Shown: one piece after another, positions 1 through 9,681 of the stretch | Numbering within the stretch: the first letter of the stretch is position 1 | Layout of the letters: each line of letters starts with the position of its first letter | DNA from: a virus | Reading direction: 5' to 3' (one strand) | IMG/VR virus record: IMGVR_UViG_3300035663_000001 | Span: 64,542 to 128,541 of that record | DNA: 64,000 nucleotides | Translations under genes and position numbers: made by a program | Notes under the pieces: generated by a model | Seen by the model: only the letters and a program-made list of their open reading frames with translations | What the model was told of the DNA's origin: nothing | Databases searched by the model: none

Positions 1-291
1 AAGTGCCTTGACACTTCTTTAAGTGAAGTCACACAATATCTTAATTCTTTAATGGATTTGTTGGAAACAAATAAAATTTCTATTCAGTATTTTAATAATA
101 AAAATATAGAACAACACTATAATTTACTATGCGACAAATTAAAGAAACTGATTTAATCGGGAAAACAATTAAACATATTAGTCAACCTTCGGTTAATGTA
201 GTAACTCTTACTTTTGAAGATGATAGTGCAGTTGACTTGGTGGCTGATTGGGCCATTGAAACTCCTATGGGTTTAGTAGCTGGTATTTTTC

Positions 292-1218
292 TTGAAGAAA
301 AAAGTTAATATGATTCTGATTGGTAGTCGAGCTTTAGCTTTACGGGCGCCTTATCTACTGACTAAAAAACCAGTAGATTTTGATTTTGTTTGTTCAGAAG
401 AAGAATTTACTCAATGGTTAAATAATAATGAAAAGAAAGTTGCTCCCAATAAAATTTATTCTATCCACAATAAACAAATTGTAGAAGGTTTAGTTAATTG
501 TGAATTTGAAATTGTGGGTCAACAACCCTCTACTCAAATGTTAGTAGATTTAGTCAATAATGATCCTGAGACGATGGAGACTTCATTTGGTAAAGTTCTT
601 TCTTTAGATTTGTTGTTTACCCTTAAGTGTTCTCATAGATATCTAAAGAATAGTCCATATTTTTGGAAAACCTTATTAGATTATCATCGAATGAAATTCG
701 CTGGAGCTAAGGTCAAGGAAGCTTTCCAAGATTTTCTTAAAGTTCGAGAGCGAGAAACATACAATTATTCTCATCCTAAATTGAATGTATCTAAGGATAA
801 CTTCTTTAAGGATGATCATATTGACTATAAATTTGATCATGATACTTTGCATCAGGCAGTGGCTTTATATGGTCAGCCGGCTTATCTATCTTATATGAAG
901 GATGGAGAAGAGGTTAAGTCTGATAAAAAGAAATTTTTCCAATGTTCGAGAGAGATTCAATTAGCTGGAGTAATTGAGGAGGCTTGTGTTTTAGCCGCAG
1001 AACGATCTTTGATTCCGCATCCTGGAGTTTGGTCGCCAGAATATGCTTGGAGGTTTGCGTTAAGTAAAGTATGTACTTCTATTACCAGCGGTTGGTTTCG
1101 TGAATTTGCTTATGAGAATGCCTTAGACATTTTGAAAATGTATCCGGTGTATTTTTGGGATAAAATTCAACATGGAATTACTACTGGCTTAGTAAAGCCA
1201 TTTATTACTAAAGGTTAA
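292..1218 (+). CDS. conserved large-phage protein, possibly nucleotidyltransferase-like (likely start 310)
   Basis: N-terminal ILIGSRAL...DFD resembles a Pol-beta NTase GS/DxD motif. Confidence 0.45.
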   Translation: MKKKVNMILIGSRALALRAPYLLTKKPVDFDFVCSEEEFTQWLNNNEKKVAPNKIYSIHNKQIVEGLVNCEFEIVGQQPSTQMLVDLVNNDPETMETSFGKVLSLDLLFTLKCSHRYLKNSPYFWKTLLDYHRMKFAGAKVKEAFQDFLKVRERETYNYSHPKLNVSKDNFFKDDHIDYKFDHDTLHQAVALYGQPAYLSYMKDGEEVKSDKKKFFQCSREIQLAGVIEEACVLAAERSLIPHPGVWSPEYAWRFALSKVCTSITSGWFREFAYENALDILKMYPVYFWDKIQHGITTGLVKPFITKG

Positions 1219-1220
1219 AA

Positions 1221-1472
1221 ATGAATTTTAAGTGGTCTCGTTCTTTTTTAATGTGTTATGCAGAATTAGAAAAATACTTAAGTAAGGATACAGAAGGTTT
1301 ATCTTTATTAAAGAGATTCGGAAATCTTGCTGAAGATTCTAATATGTGGGGGTCTGCAAAGCTTACTATCTCTTTCTCTAAGATAGAGAAACATTTAGTC
1401 AATGATATTAACGCTAAGGATCTATTAAATAAGTTAACTTTAGCTTTTGATGAGATGTTCGATCATCTTTAG
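1221..1472 (+). CDS. hypothetical protein
   Basis: ORF tightly packed in operon. Confidence 0.5.
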   Translation: MNFKWSRSFLMCYAELEKYLSKDTEGLSLLKRFGNLAEDSNMWGSAKLTISFSKIEKHLVNDINAKDLLNKLTLAFDEMFDHL

Positions 1473-1487
1473 GATGAAGAGTAGCAA

Positions 1488-1907
1488 ATGTCAATTAAAA
1501 TTATACAAGACCCTATCGGATATATTAAATATACTAAGAATAATGAATTACACCGAGAAGATGGACCGGCAGTAGAATGGCCTTCAATAGAAGGTGATAA
1601 TGGGCATCAAGCTTGGTATCTTAATGGTAAGAGACATCGAGAAAATGGTCCCGCAGTATTTCATGTAAATGGAGATATTGAGTGGTATTACCATGGGGCT
1701 TTACATCGAGAGAATGGCCCGGCCATAGAGAGTACTATTGATGGAACAATTAAGATTTACGAATGGTATCTCCATGATATGCGGCATCGAGAAAATGGTC
1801 CGGCTGTAGAATGTTCGGATGGATATAAAGAGTTTTGGTTGAATAATGTTCTTATTCCTTCAGAAGAAGAATATTGGAGATTAATTAAGTTAAAAAACTT
1901 TTGGTAA
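1488..1907 (+). CDS. HREDGPA-repeat protein (23-aa MORN-like repeat)
   Basis: HRE(D/N)GPA repeats; tail EEEYWRLIKLKNFW. Confidence 0.85.
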   Translation: MSIKIIQDPIGYIKYTKNNELHREDGPAVEWPSIEGDNGHQAWYLNGKRHRENGPAVFHVNGDIEWYYHGALHRENGPAIESTIDGTIKIYEWYLHDMRHRENGPAVECSDGYKEFWLNNVLIPSEEEYWRLIKLKNFW

Positions 1908-1914
1908 AATTAAA

Positions 1915-2403
1915 ATGACCACCACAAAAAATAAACCAATCTATAAAAGAAAAAAAAGTAAAGACGGAGTTATAAAACATTATAGAAATAACAAATTACA
2001 TCGAGTAAAAGGGCCAGCAGTAGAATATCCTAATGGAAATAAAGAATGGTATCTTTATGGTAAATTACATCGAGAAAATGGTCCTGCAGTAGAATTTGCT
2101 TGCGGATCTAAATATTGGTATTGTTATGGTAAAAGACATCGAGAAGATGGTCCAGCTGTTGAGGCTGCTAATGGAAATAAGTTTTGGTGGTTTCATGGTC
2201 AAAAACATCGAGAAGATGGTCCAGCAGCAGAATTTATTTCTGGAACTAAAGAATGGTGGCTTCATGGCAAATGCCATCGAGAAGATGGTCCGGCTGTGCA
2301 TCCAGTTAAAGGTGCCAAACAATGGTATTATCATGGGAAATTTATTCCCGTTAAATCTACTAAGCAATTTAAAAGATGGTTAAAATTGCAAGCTTTATGG
2401 TAA
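1915..2403 (+). CDS. HREDGPA-repeat protein
   Basis: repeats; tail FKRWLKLQALW. Confidence 0.85.
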   Translation: MTTTKNKPIYKRKKSKDGVIKHYRNNKLHRVKGPAVEYPNGNKEWYLYGKLHRENGPAVEFACGSKYWYCYGKRHREDGPAVEAANGNKFWWFHGQKHREDGPAAEFISGTKEWWLHGKCHREDGPAVHPVKGAKQWYYHGKFIPVKSTKQFKRWLKLQALW

Positions 2404-2406
2404 ATT

Positions 2407-2793
2407 ATGCGAGAAATTAAGATAAGTGAATTTGGCACTATAAGATATTATTGGAATGGTAAGTTGCATCGAGAAGATGGTCCGGCAGTAGAATGGGATG
2501 ACGGCTCTAAAGAATGGTGGATTCAAGATATCTTACATCGAGAAGATGGTCCAGCAGCAGAATATATTGAAGGTACCAAATATTGGTACCATCATGGTCA
2601 ACTCCATCGAGTTGATGGTCCGGCCATAGAATTTGCTGATGGAACCAAATATTGGTATTGTTATCAACAATTACATCGAGCGGATGGTCCAGCCATAGAG
2701 TATTGTACTGGAAATAAAGAATATTGGATTTATAGTAAAAAATATACAGAAAAAGAATATTGGCGTTTAGTTAAGCTAAAAGCTTTATGGTAA
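2407..2793 (+). CDS. HREDGPA-repeat protein
   Basis: repeats; tail YWRLVKLKALW. Confidence 0.85.
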   Translation: MREIKISEFGTIRYYWNGKLHREDGPAVEWDDGSKEWWIQDILHREDGPAAEYIEGTKYWYHHGQLHRVDGPAIEFADGTKYWYCYQQLHRADGPAIEYCTGNKEYWIYSKKYTEKEYWRLVKLKALW

Positions 2794-3233
2794 AATATAA
2801 AAATAATAAATTGGGCGATATTTATTTACGTCTCGACCGACACATTGAAATAATTAAAGATCCTATTTTTGGTAAATTTTGTTACTATTATGATAATCTA
2901 ATTCATCGAGAAGATGGTCCCGCTATCCTATATTTGAATGGTGATAAAGCTTGGTTTCGCTATGGAGAGATTCATCGAGAAGATGGGCCGGCCATAGAAT
3001 ATGCTAGTGGAGAAAAACAATGGTGGTTTCAAGGACAATTGCATAGATCAAATGGTCCAGCTCTTATTGATAAGAAACGCAATTATACCGCCTGGTATTA
3101 TTTTGGTCTTCGCCATCGAGAAGATGGGCCAGCTGTTCAACATCATAATGGAGATAAAGAATTTTGGATTCAAAATAAAAAATATTCCGAAGCAGAATAT
3201 TGGCGGATGGTTAAATTAAAATCTTTATGGTAA
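2787..3233 (+). CDS. HREDGPA-repeat protein
   Basis: repeats; starts at ATG inside upstream TTATGGTAA. Confidence 0.85.
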   Translation: MVKYKNNKLGDIYLRLDRHIEIIKDPIFGKFCYYYDNLIHREDGPAILYLNGDKAWFRYGEIHREDGPAIEYASGEKQWWFQGQLHRSNGPALIDKKRNYTAWYYFGLRHREDGPAVQHHNGDKEFWIQNKKYSEAEYWRMVKLKSLW

Positions 3234-3236
3234 AAT

Positions 3237-3554
3237 ATGCAAGAAATTAAAGAAGACGAATTTGGAAATAAATTTTATTATTGGAATGGTAAATTGCATC
3301 GAGACGATGGTCCAGCCATAGAATGGGCTGATGGAAGTAAAAAATGGTATCTTCATGGCCAACTACATCGAGAAGCTGGACCAGCTATAGAAGATCCTAA
3401 TGGAGATAAATGGTGGTATCTTTATGGTAAATGTCATCGAGAAGATGGTCCAGCAGTAGAAAAAGCTAATGGATCTAAAAGATGGTACCTTCAAGGTATA
3501 GGATATATAGAAGAAGAATATTGGCGTTTAGTTAAATTAAAAGCTTTATGGTAA
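3237..3554 (+). CDS. HREDGPA-repeat protein
   Basis: MQEIK head, repeats, KLKALW tail. Confidence 0.85.
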   Translation: MQEIKEDEFGNKFYYWNGKLHRDDGPAIEWADGSKKWYLHGQLHREAGPAIEDPNGDKWWYLYGKCHREDGPAVEKANGSKRWYLQGIGYIEEEYWRLVKLKALW

Positions 3555-3558
3555 AGAT

Positions 3559-3948
3559 ATGCAAGAAATTAAAATAGATAAAGAAGGAACTAAAAGCTAC
3601 CATTATAATAGTCAATTACATCGAGAAGATGGTCCAGCGGTAGAATATAGTGATGGATCTAAAGAATGGTGGCGTCATGATCAACGCCATCGAGAAGATG
3701 GTCCAGCCGTAGTATGGATTGGTAGTAGTAAAAAATGGTATTATAATAATAAATTACATCGAGAAGACGGCCCAGCTGTAGAATGGTCTGATAGCAGTAA
3801 AGAATGGTGGCGTCATGGTCAACGCCATCGAGAAGATGGTCCAGCTATAGAGTATTTCTATGGAGAGAAAAACTGGTTTCTTCAAAATGAAGAAATAGAA
3901 TCAGAAGAAGAATATCGGCGTTTAGTTAAGTTGAAAGCTTTATGGTAA
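3559..3948 (+). CDS. HREDGPA-repeat protein
   Basis: MQEIK head, repeats, KLKALW tail. Confidence 0.85.
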   Translation: MQEIKIDKEGTKSYHYNSQLHREDGPAVEYSDGSKEWWRHDQRHREDGPAVVWIGSSKKWYYNNKLHREDGPAVEWSDSSKEWWRHGQRHREDGPAIEYFYGEKNWFLQNEEIESEEEYRRLVKLKALW

Positions 3949-3960
3949 TAAAAGGATGTT

Positions 3961-4164
3961 ATGTTAACTTTAAAACAAGCAAAGAATAAATTAAAAAATC
4001 ATTTAGTTCCATTACTAGGAGATAACCTAAAAGGTGTAGGAATTTCTAGCGTGACAACTATTGCTGTCAGAGTAGCTACAGAAAAAGATAAAAAAATAGT
4101 TCCAACCTCCTGGGAAGGTTTTAATGTAGAATGTTTAGTGGTTGGAGATTTATTTAAATTTTAA
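3961..4164 (+). CDS. hypothetical protein
   Basis: AAGGA RBS, ORF. Confidence 0.5.
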   Translation: MLTLKQAKNKLKNHLVPLLGDNLKGVGISSVTTIAVRVATEKDKKIVPTSWEGFNVECLVVGDLFKF

Positions 4165-4501
4165 ATATATGGATTTTGAGCAATATATCGTTGACATTAA
4201 AAAATTAACCAAGGCTATTTCTAAAAAAGAATCGGAAGTTTTTATAACCTATAAAGGTTACGAATTGGGAATATCCAAGCCCTGGCATATTAAATGCGAC
4301 ACAAAAGAATTTTATTCAGAGTCGCATTTGAATGCGGCTCAATCTTTATATAATATTCTAATAGAAGAATTAAAAAGAAAAATATCTGCCACTGAAGACC
4401 AAGTTTTTTCTTATAAAGAATCATTAACTGAAATAGTTAATCACCCTGGATTGGAATTAAAACGTGAAATATCTAGACGCCAAGAGACTTCACTCTCATG
4501 A
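4142..4501 (+). CDS. hypothetical protein (likely start 4169)
   Basis: ORF. Confidence 0.45.
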   Translation: MEIYLNFKYMDFEQYIVDIKKLTKAISKKESEVFITYKGYELGISKPWHIKCDTKEFYSESHLNAAQSLYNILIEELKRKISATEDQVFSYKESLTEIVNHPGLELKREISRRQETSLS

Positions 4502-4700
4502 TTCAGTTCTTAGTAAGAAAGATAATCAACTATTAACTGTATTAAGTATTGAAATAAATACTGAATATAAAACCGTAAAGATAAATTGTATAGACGCTAA
4601 TAATTATTTAGTAACTTTATATCATAACGAAATTAAATAATAAATATTTAAAATTACTTAGTAAGTGCAACGTGGGTAAATTTTGCGATACAGGTGAATT

Positions 4701-5783
4701 ATGTCAGATTGGAATTGTCAAGTTTGTCGAATAGAAAAGTTAGAAAAACATCCTAATGCAGATAGTCTCTCTATTGCCACCGTAATGTCCGACTATCCAG
4801 TCGTGGTAAAAACAGAAGACTACCATCTCAACCAATTAGTAGGTTATATTGCTATCGATACTATTGTTCCAGATACAGAACAATTCTATTTTCTATCTCC
4901 TAAAAATATAGAGAAATATGAAGAAAATGGAGAAATTAAAACTCGACCCAATGGGATGAAATATCCTCTTGGCTCTGTTCCAGAAAAGAATCGAGTAATT
5001 AAAGCTAAGAAAATTAGAAATGTTTATTCTCAGGGAATGTTAGTTCCAGCCCCACCTCACCTACAAGAAGGAGATTCTCTAGTAGAAGTCCTTAACCTAA
5101 AAAAGGTAGTAGAAGAGGAAGAAGAGAATATTACTAAATTTAAAAATAGTAATGCTGAGAAACCTCCAACTAACTGGGCCATTCCTTATTATGATATTGA
5201 AGGAATTCGGAAGTATATTAATTGTTTTCGTCCTCAAGAAGAGATTACCATTACAGAAAAATTACATGGAAGTAATGCAGCTTTTTGCTATGATGGTCAG
5301 CGTTTATGGGTTAAATCTAGAAATTTTTATAAAAAATTAGACCCGGATGATATGTGGTGGGATCTTGCTCTCAGGTATAATTTAGAAGAAAAACTATCTA
5401 AGTTTCCCAAACTAGTCTTCTTTGGAGAGGCTATTGGACAAGTCAAAGGATTTAGATATGATTCTAGTATTAAAGATGGTAAATTACATACTACAGTTCA
5501 TTTCTTTGATGTTTATGATGCTCATAATAATAGGTATTTAGATTATCAAGAAAGAGTTGATAAAATCAATCAACTGGAATTGTCTCCGGCTCCAGAATTA
5601 TATCGTGGCCCCTGGTTAGGAAAAGAGCACGCCTATCAATTTGCCGAAGGAATGTCTACTCTTAACTCTAAACATGTTAGAGAAGGCGCCGTAATAGTTC
5701 CTCTTCATGAGAGATTTGAGCCACGACTTAATGGCAGATTACAATTAAAAATAATTGGTCAAGGATACAATTTGTTAAAGTGA
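4701..5783 (+). CDS. ATP-dependent RNA ligase, Rnl2/DRB0094 type, with N-terminal OB fold
   Basis: HPNADSL N-domain; motif I TEKLHG; FFGE, FFDV, REG, LKII ligase motifs. Confidence 0.85.
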   Translation: MSDWNCQVCRIEKLEKHPNADSLSIATVMSDYPVVVKTEDYHLNQLVGYIAIDTIVPDTEQFYFLSPKNIEKYEENGEIKTRPNGMKYPLGSVPEKNRVIKAKKIRNVYSQGMLVPAPPHLQEGDSLVEVLNLKKVVEEEEENITKFKNSNAEKPPTNWAIPYYDIEGIRKYINCFRPQEEITITEKLHGSNAAFCYDGQRLWVKSRNFYKKLDPDDMWWDLALRYNLEEKLSKFPKLVFFGEAIGQVKGFRYDSSIKDGKLHTTVHFFDVYDAHNNRYLDYQERVDKINQLELSPAPELYRGPWLGKEHAYQFAEGMSTLNSKHVREGAVIVPLHERFEPRLNGRLQLKIIGQGYNLLK

Positions 5784-5793
5784 AAGGAAAAAA

Positions 5794-5982
5794 ATGAAAA
5801 GCGAAGATTATTTAGGATTAACAAAAAAGGCGGCACAAAATAAAGCAGAGCAACAAAATCTAATTTTCAGATTGATTAGAATCAATGATAAATCATATTT
5901 TGATTATCCTGAAGATACTAGATCTGATCGGGTTTGTGTTGAAATTGATCATGATAAAGTAGTAAAGGTCACTTTTCAATGA
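5794..5982 (+). CDS. small hypothetical protein (I78 inhibitor-like pattern)
   Basis: YLGLT...D.RSDRV.VEID pattern; RBS. Confidence 0.4.
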   Translation: MKSEDYLGLTKKAAQNKAEQQNLIFRLIRINDKSYFDYPEDTRSDRVCVEIDHDKVVKVTFQ

Positions 5983-6197
5983 CAGCTTGTCGTTGCGGAT
6001 ATATTGAAAATCAATCACATCATCCTTGTCATGGGCAAGAATATACTTGTTGTAAGCCTAGTACTATAAGATGGATTACTTATCCTACCGCATTAGCTGG
6101 TCAACAAATGAAATTGGGAGCTTATCAAACTTGGGCTTGTGATTCTTGTTGGGAAGATTTTCAGAAAAAATTGAAAGACCATTCAGATGGAAATTGA
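5979..6197 (+). CDS. Cys-rich hypothetical protein
   Basis: ORF overlapping neighbours. Confidence 0.45.
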   Translation: MTACRCGYIENQSHHPCHGQEYTCCKPSTIRWITYPTALAGQQMKLGAYQTWACDSCWEDFQKKLKDHSDGN

Positions 6198-6501
6198 AAT
6201 TAATTATTCAAAAGCTGAATTAGAGGCGGCGGTTAAATTTTTATCAAAACATAATACATCTTTTCTAGGTAAAGACGAAGAGATTCGTCAAACAATTTTA
6301 GATTATATTAATAAATTATCAACTGATGTTGATCGTTGGATGATTGGAACAATGGGTTTTGTCATTTTGGCTGAGAGAGAATTTGAAGGAATTAATTCTG
6401 ATAAGAATACTATTTATTACGAAATCCTAATTAATCCAGCAGTAAGTAAAGAACGAGAATATGTGACTTACTTGGTCAATGACCAAGAGGAAACATGTTA
6501 A
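6187..6501 (+). CDS. hypothetical protein
   Basis: ORF. Confidence 0.5.
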   Translation: MEIEINYSKAELEAAVKFLSKHNTSFLGKDEEIRQTILDYINKLSTDVDRWMIGTMGFVILAEREFEGINSDKNTIYYEILINPAVSKEREYVTYLVNDQEETC

Positions 6502-6542
6502 CTATTAATCTAGGATTAGAGTTAATTTGACGCCAACAATCT

Positions 6543-6557
6543 TGGCACGTTTCTTGC
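6543..6557 (+). promoter_or_regulatory. sigma54 (-24/-12) box
   Basis: TGGCAC-GTTTC-TTGC matches consensus, intergenic. Confidence 0.6.
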
Positions 6558-6564
6558 CACCGCT

Positions 6565-6595
6565 CCCAGCGACTAAATTTTTTCGCTGCTCCCTA
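6565..6595 (+). promoter_or_regulatory. repeated bipartite motif CCCAGCGACTAAA-N14-CCTA (copy 1)
   Basis: 4 intergenic copies with identical spacing. Confidence 0.65.
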
Positions 6596-6641
6596 AGTAG
6601 GAATGCAGCGGAGTTAAGATTAATTTAGGAAACCAGACATA

Positions 6642-7778
6642 ATGACTACACGTTCTTTTATTGTCCCGGTCGCTAACCAAAGCATCGTGGAGCAAAAAAT
6701 TGAGAAATTAAATAAGCGGGCTCTAAAATTAAAACTGGAGCCCGTTTCCATTACCTGGGGTAAAGCATTCTTAGAGCAAGATAAACTATGCTTGCCTTGC
6801 GAATTAACTGGACCTTTTCAAGTGTCTTATGATGGTTGGGAGTTTATTGCTACCTTACAGCATCTTCCTACCGGAGAAAATATCATTAGAGCCATTACTA
6901 ATGATTATGAAATTCCTCTTCAATATCGTACTTCCGGTAGCGCTTGCGAACATTGTAATGTTAAAAGATATCGCAAAGATACTTACGTTGTACGACATGA
7001 TGCTACTTGTGAGGCATTGCAAGTAGGATCTTCTTGTATTAAAGATTTTCTAGGAGGAAATTCTCCTGATAATATCTTGCAGCAAGCTGCCTTGGTCGGC
7101 GAATTAATTTCCTTTATGGAAGGTGCTCGTCACAATAATTTTGAAAATAATGAAGGCATTTATTATTTAAACCATGTCTTAGCGCAAGCGGCAGCTTGTA
7201 TTAGAGAATGTGGATGGATGTCTAAGACTGAAGCTAAAGAAACTGGAAAACTAGCTACGGCTACCGTAGTAGAATATAATCTATTACAAGATAGCACTTA
7301 TGGTTTATTTCCGGTGTCGACTGAAGATCGAGAGTTAGCAGAACAAGCTATTAATTGGGTAGAAAATCTGTCTGATGAAGAAGTAGAAAACTCTGATTAT
7401 CTCTATAACATTAGAGCCATTGCTCGTTCTGGAATGGTTGGAGTTAGAACTATTGGATATAGTGTTAGTATTATTTCTTCATATTTACGTCAAGTTAAAC
7501 AGTTACAGTTTAAAAAAGAATCTCAATTTGTTGGATTAGTAAATGATAGAAGTGTTTTTACTCTCAACCTTAAAAAGGTGACCGGGTTTTCTGGAAATTA
7601 TGGTTGGACCAATAAATATATTTTTCATGACCCTGCTGGTAACATTTTAGTATGGTTAACCTCTACCTCTAAAGATTTGCAAGAGGGGCAGCAATACCAA
7701 ATTAAAGCCACAGTCAAGGCTCACCAAGAATTCAAATCCATTAAAGAAACAATTCTTACTAGATGCGAAATTTTATGA
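6642..7778 (+). CDS. conserved phage protein with Zn finger and C-terminal OB-fold-like domain
   Basis: CEHC...R.R...VGSSC; C-terminal ILVW...IKATVKAH.EFK. Confidence 0.55.
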   Translation: MTTRSFIVPVANQSIVEQKIEKLNKRALKLKLEPVSITWGKAFLEQDKLCLPCELTGPFQVSYDGWEFIATLQHLPTGENIIRAITNDYEIPLQYRTSGSACEHCNVKRYRKDTYVVRHDATCEALQVGSSCIKDFLGGNSPDNILQQAALVGELISFMEGARHNNFENNEGIYYLNHVLAQAAACIRECGWMSKTEAKETGKLATATVVEYNLLQDSTYGLFPVSTEDRELAEQAINWVENLSDEEVENSDYLYNIRAIARSGMVGVRTIGYSVSIISSYLRQVKQLQFKKESQFVGLVNDRSVFTLNLKKVTGFSGNYGWTNKYIFHDPAGNILVWLTSTSKDLQEGQQYQIKATVKAHQEFKSIKETILTRCEIL

Positions 7779-8092
7779 GTGATCCGTATAACGAAACAGT
7801 ATTTTTTGAATTTGAATTAGAAAGATTATTCGATCCAAAAACTCAAGTATTTTCTAATTCTTTAGAAGAGTCAGAAGATGTTGAGTTTAAAACTATCAAA
7901 TTAAAAGTTGAAGGCAGATCATACTATCATCCTGGACAATATTATGGTCCACCAGAATATTGTTATCCTAGTGAATCAGATACCGAAATTCTTTCGGTTG
8001 AAAATGAAAATGGAGAAGATTGGTTAGATAAATTAACAGAGCCTGAAGTTCAATCTTTATTGGAAGAGATTGAAGACCGGGCTCAATCATAG
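7763..8092 (+). CDS. hypothetical protein
   Basis: ORF with YGPPEYCYP motif. Confidence 0.5.
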   Translation: MRNFMSDPYNETVFFEFELERLFDPKTQVFSNSLEESEDVEFKTIKLKVEGRSYYHPGQYYGPPEYCYPSESDTEILSVENENGEDWLDKLTEPEVQSLLEEIEDRAQS

Positions 8093-8549
8093 GAGTAACG
8101 TCAATAAGATTATGAAAAAATTTAAAGTTGGAGATTTAGTACAAAAAATAAAAGATAATTCTATTATGGATGGTCAAGTAACCGAATTAGTAGGAGAAAA
8201 ATTTTTAGTATCATGGACTGATGGCTCTTCCTCTGAAGAGGACTACTATCGTCTCTCTAATAGAGACTCTCTTTTCGAGAGAGAATTTAGACTAGAAGCT
8301 ATGAAGAGATTAAAAGAAATTGATGAGCATTTAGAAAATGCTTGTCGGGAATTAGATGCGGCCGTAAATATTTCAGAAAAATATGGCATCCCATTTTCTA
8401 CAAATATTTCTTTTATTAGTCAAAATTATAATCCTAAATCCAGATCAAAAAAATATCCTGATCTGGATTCAGACTTCTTAGAAAGTGTCACGGGCACTTA
8501 TGGTAGCGAAGATGATTATGGATGGCAGCATTCTGCTGTATGCTATTAA
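8070..8549 (+). CDS. hypothetical protein (likely start 8112)
   Basis: FKVGDLV head; GWQHSAVC end. Confidence 0.5.
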   Translation: MKTGLNHRSNVNKIMKKFKVGDLVQKIKDNSIMDGQVTELVGEKFLVSWTDGSSSEEDYYRLSNRDSLFEREFRLEAMKRLKEIDEHLENACRELDAAVNISEKYGIPFSTNISFISQNYNPKSRSKKYPDLDSDFLESVTGTYGSEDDYGWQHSAVCY

Positions 8550-8596
8550 AATTAACTTAACAATTAATAATTAACCTTGATAGAAAGATAAAAAAT

Positions 8597-8920
8597 ATGA
8601 CAAACCGAATTATGTTTTTGCGAGATACTAAGAATCATCCTGTAGGATGTGTAGCTATTAATTTTGATTTTCAGACTAGCCAACTGAGTTATCAGTTGTC
8701 AGTTTTGAATCCAAACGATAAGTTTGACCGTAAGATGGCTCGCCATTTAGCTTTGGGTCGTTTAGTAGAAAGGCCCTTTAGTGTTACTATTCCAGCGGTA
8801 CTTAAGTATAGTATGCATGATGTGACCAAGCTAGTTATGAGTGATATTAGCAATAATATCAAGTCGCCTTCTCGAGCTAAAAAGGCAGCTCAATTATGGT
8901 TGCATCAGAATAGTGTTTGA
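8597..8920 (+). CDS. hypothetical phage protein
   Basis: NPNDKFDRKMARHLALGRL motif. Confidence 0.5.
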   Translation: MTNRIMFLRDTKNHPVGCVAINFDFQTSQLSYQLSVLNPNDKFDRKMARHLALGRLVERPFSVTIPAVLKYSMHDVTKLVMSDISNNIKSPSRAKKAAQLWLHQNSV

Positions 8921-8939
8921 CTAGTTTTTACTGGCGGCT

Positions 8940-8955
8940 TGCAAGCCTCGTGCCA
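8940..8955 (-). promoter_or_regulatory. sigma54 box (minus strand)
   Basis: reverse complement TGGCAC-GAGGC-TTGCA. Confidence 0.6.
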
Positions 8956-8969
8956 GCTGGGTAGGTGTT

Positions 8970-9000
8970 CCCAGCGACTAAATTTTTTTAACACCACCTA
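8970..9000 (+). promoter_or_regulatory. CCCAGCGACTAAA-N14-CCTA motif (copy 2)
   Basis: exact repeat. Confidence 0.65.
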
Positions 9001-9007
9001 GTACTGC

Positions 9008-9043
9008 GACCAACCAACGAGAGATAAGTTGGTTGGTCTTTTT
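9008..9043 (+). terminator. intrinsic terminator-like hairpin
   Basis: GACCAACCAAC/GTTGGTTGGTC stem followed by T run. Confidence 0.6.
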
Positions 9044-9072
9044 ATTACCTTTTAATTGGAGAATTTAAAATT

Positions 9073-9402
9073 ATGGATAGCAAGCAACACATCGAGTTAG
9101 TTCTGAATCAGCGTCTTCGTCCCATTTTTGAGAAGGCGGCTGCTAAAATTGATAGCCTTCGACCCGGAGAGAAAGTTCCCGCAACTGAGTTAGCTAAGGA
9201 ACTCGGCAAAGAAATTGGTATGACAGGACCTCAATTGTATCCTACTCTTTTGTTCCTCTTTAAGGATTTTCCTGGTATTGAGATTAAGCGTGGGGCTCAT
9301 GGCGGTTTATGTAAGTTACCTACCACGAAAACCGTGGTAGATACGGCCACACCAGATGTTAAGGTAGATGTTACTAATTCAGAAGAGACTCTCTCAGAGT
9401 GA
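9073..9402 (+). CDS. winged-helix (Rrf2-like) DNA-binding protein
   Basis: ATELAKEL helix and IEIKRGAHGG wing. Confidence 0.5.
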   Translation: MDSKQHIELVLNQRLRPIFEKAAAKIDSLRPGEKVPATELAKELGKEIGMTGPQLYPTLLFLFKDFPGIEIKRGAHGGLCKLPTTKTVVDTATPDVKVDVTNSEETLSE

Positions 9403-9432
9403 ACGAAATATACTAATTAAAATATATTTGAT

Positions 9433-9681
9433 TTGTTTAAAGGAGAAAAAATGAATTTAGAAGATCTTGAAGAGGCGTTAGAAGAGTTATTTCCATCAGG
9501 TTTTCATACGACTAAGGATAGTCGGGGTCAAATTATTATTATGACTGGTCTGTGTGAAGAGGATGATGGAGAGTTAGTAGAACTTCTATCTGCTGAAGAT
9601 GAAGAGGATGATGATTTTGATTCTGATTTTTCATCCATGGATGATGAAGATTTTGTTGATGAGTCTGATGACGATCATTGA
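9433..9681 (+). CDS. acidic hypothetical protein (likely start 9451)
   Basis: AGGAG RBS; D/E-rich tail. Confidence 0.5.
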   Translation: MFKGEKMNLEDLEEALEELFPSGFHTTKDSRGQIIIMTGLCEEDDGELVELLSAEDEEDDDFDSDFSSMDDEDFVDESDDDH

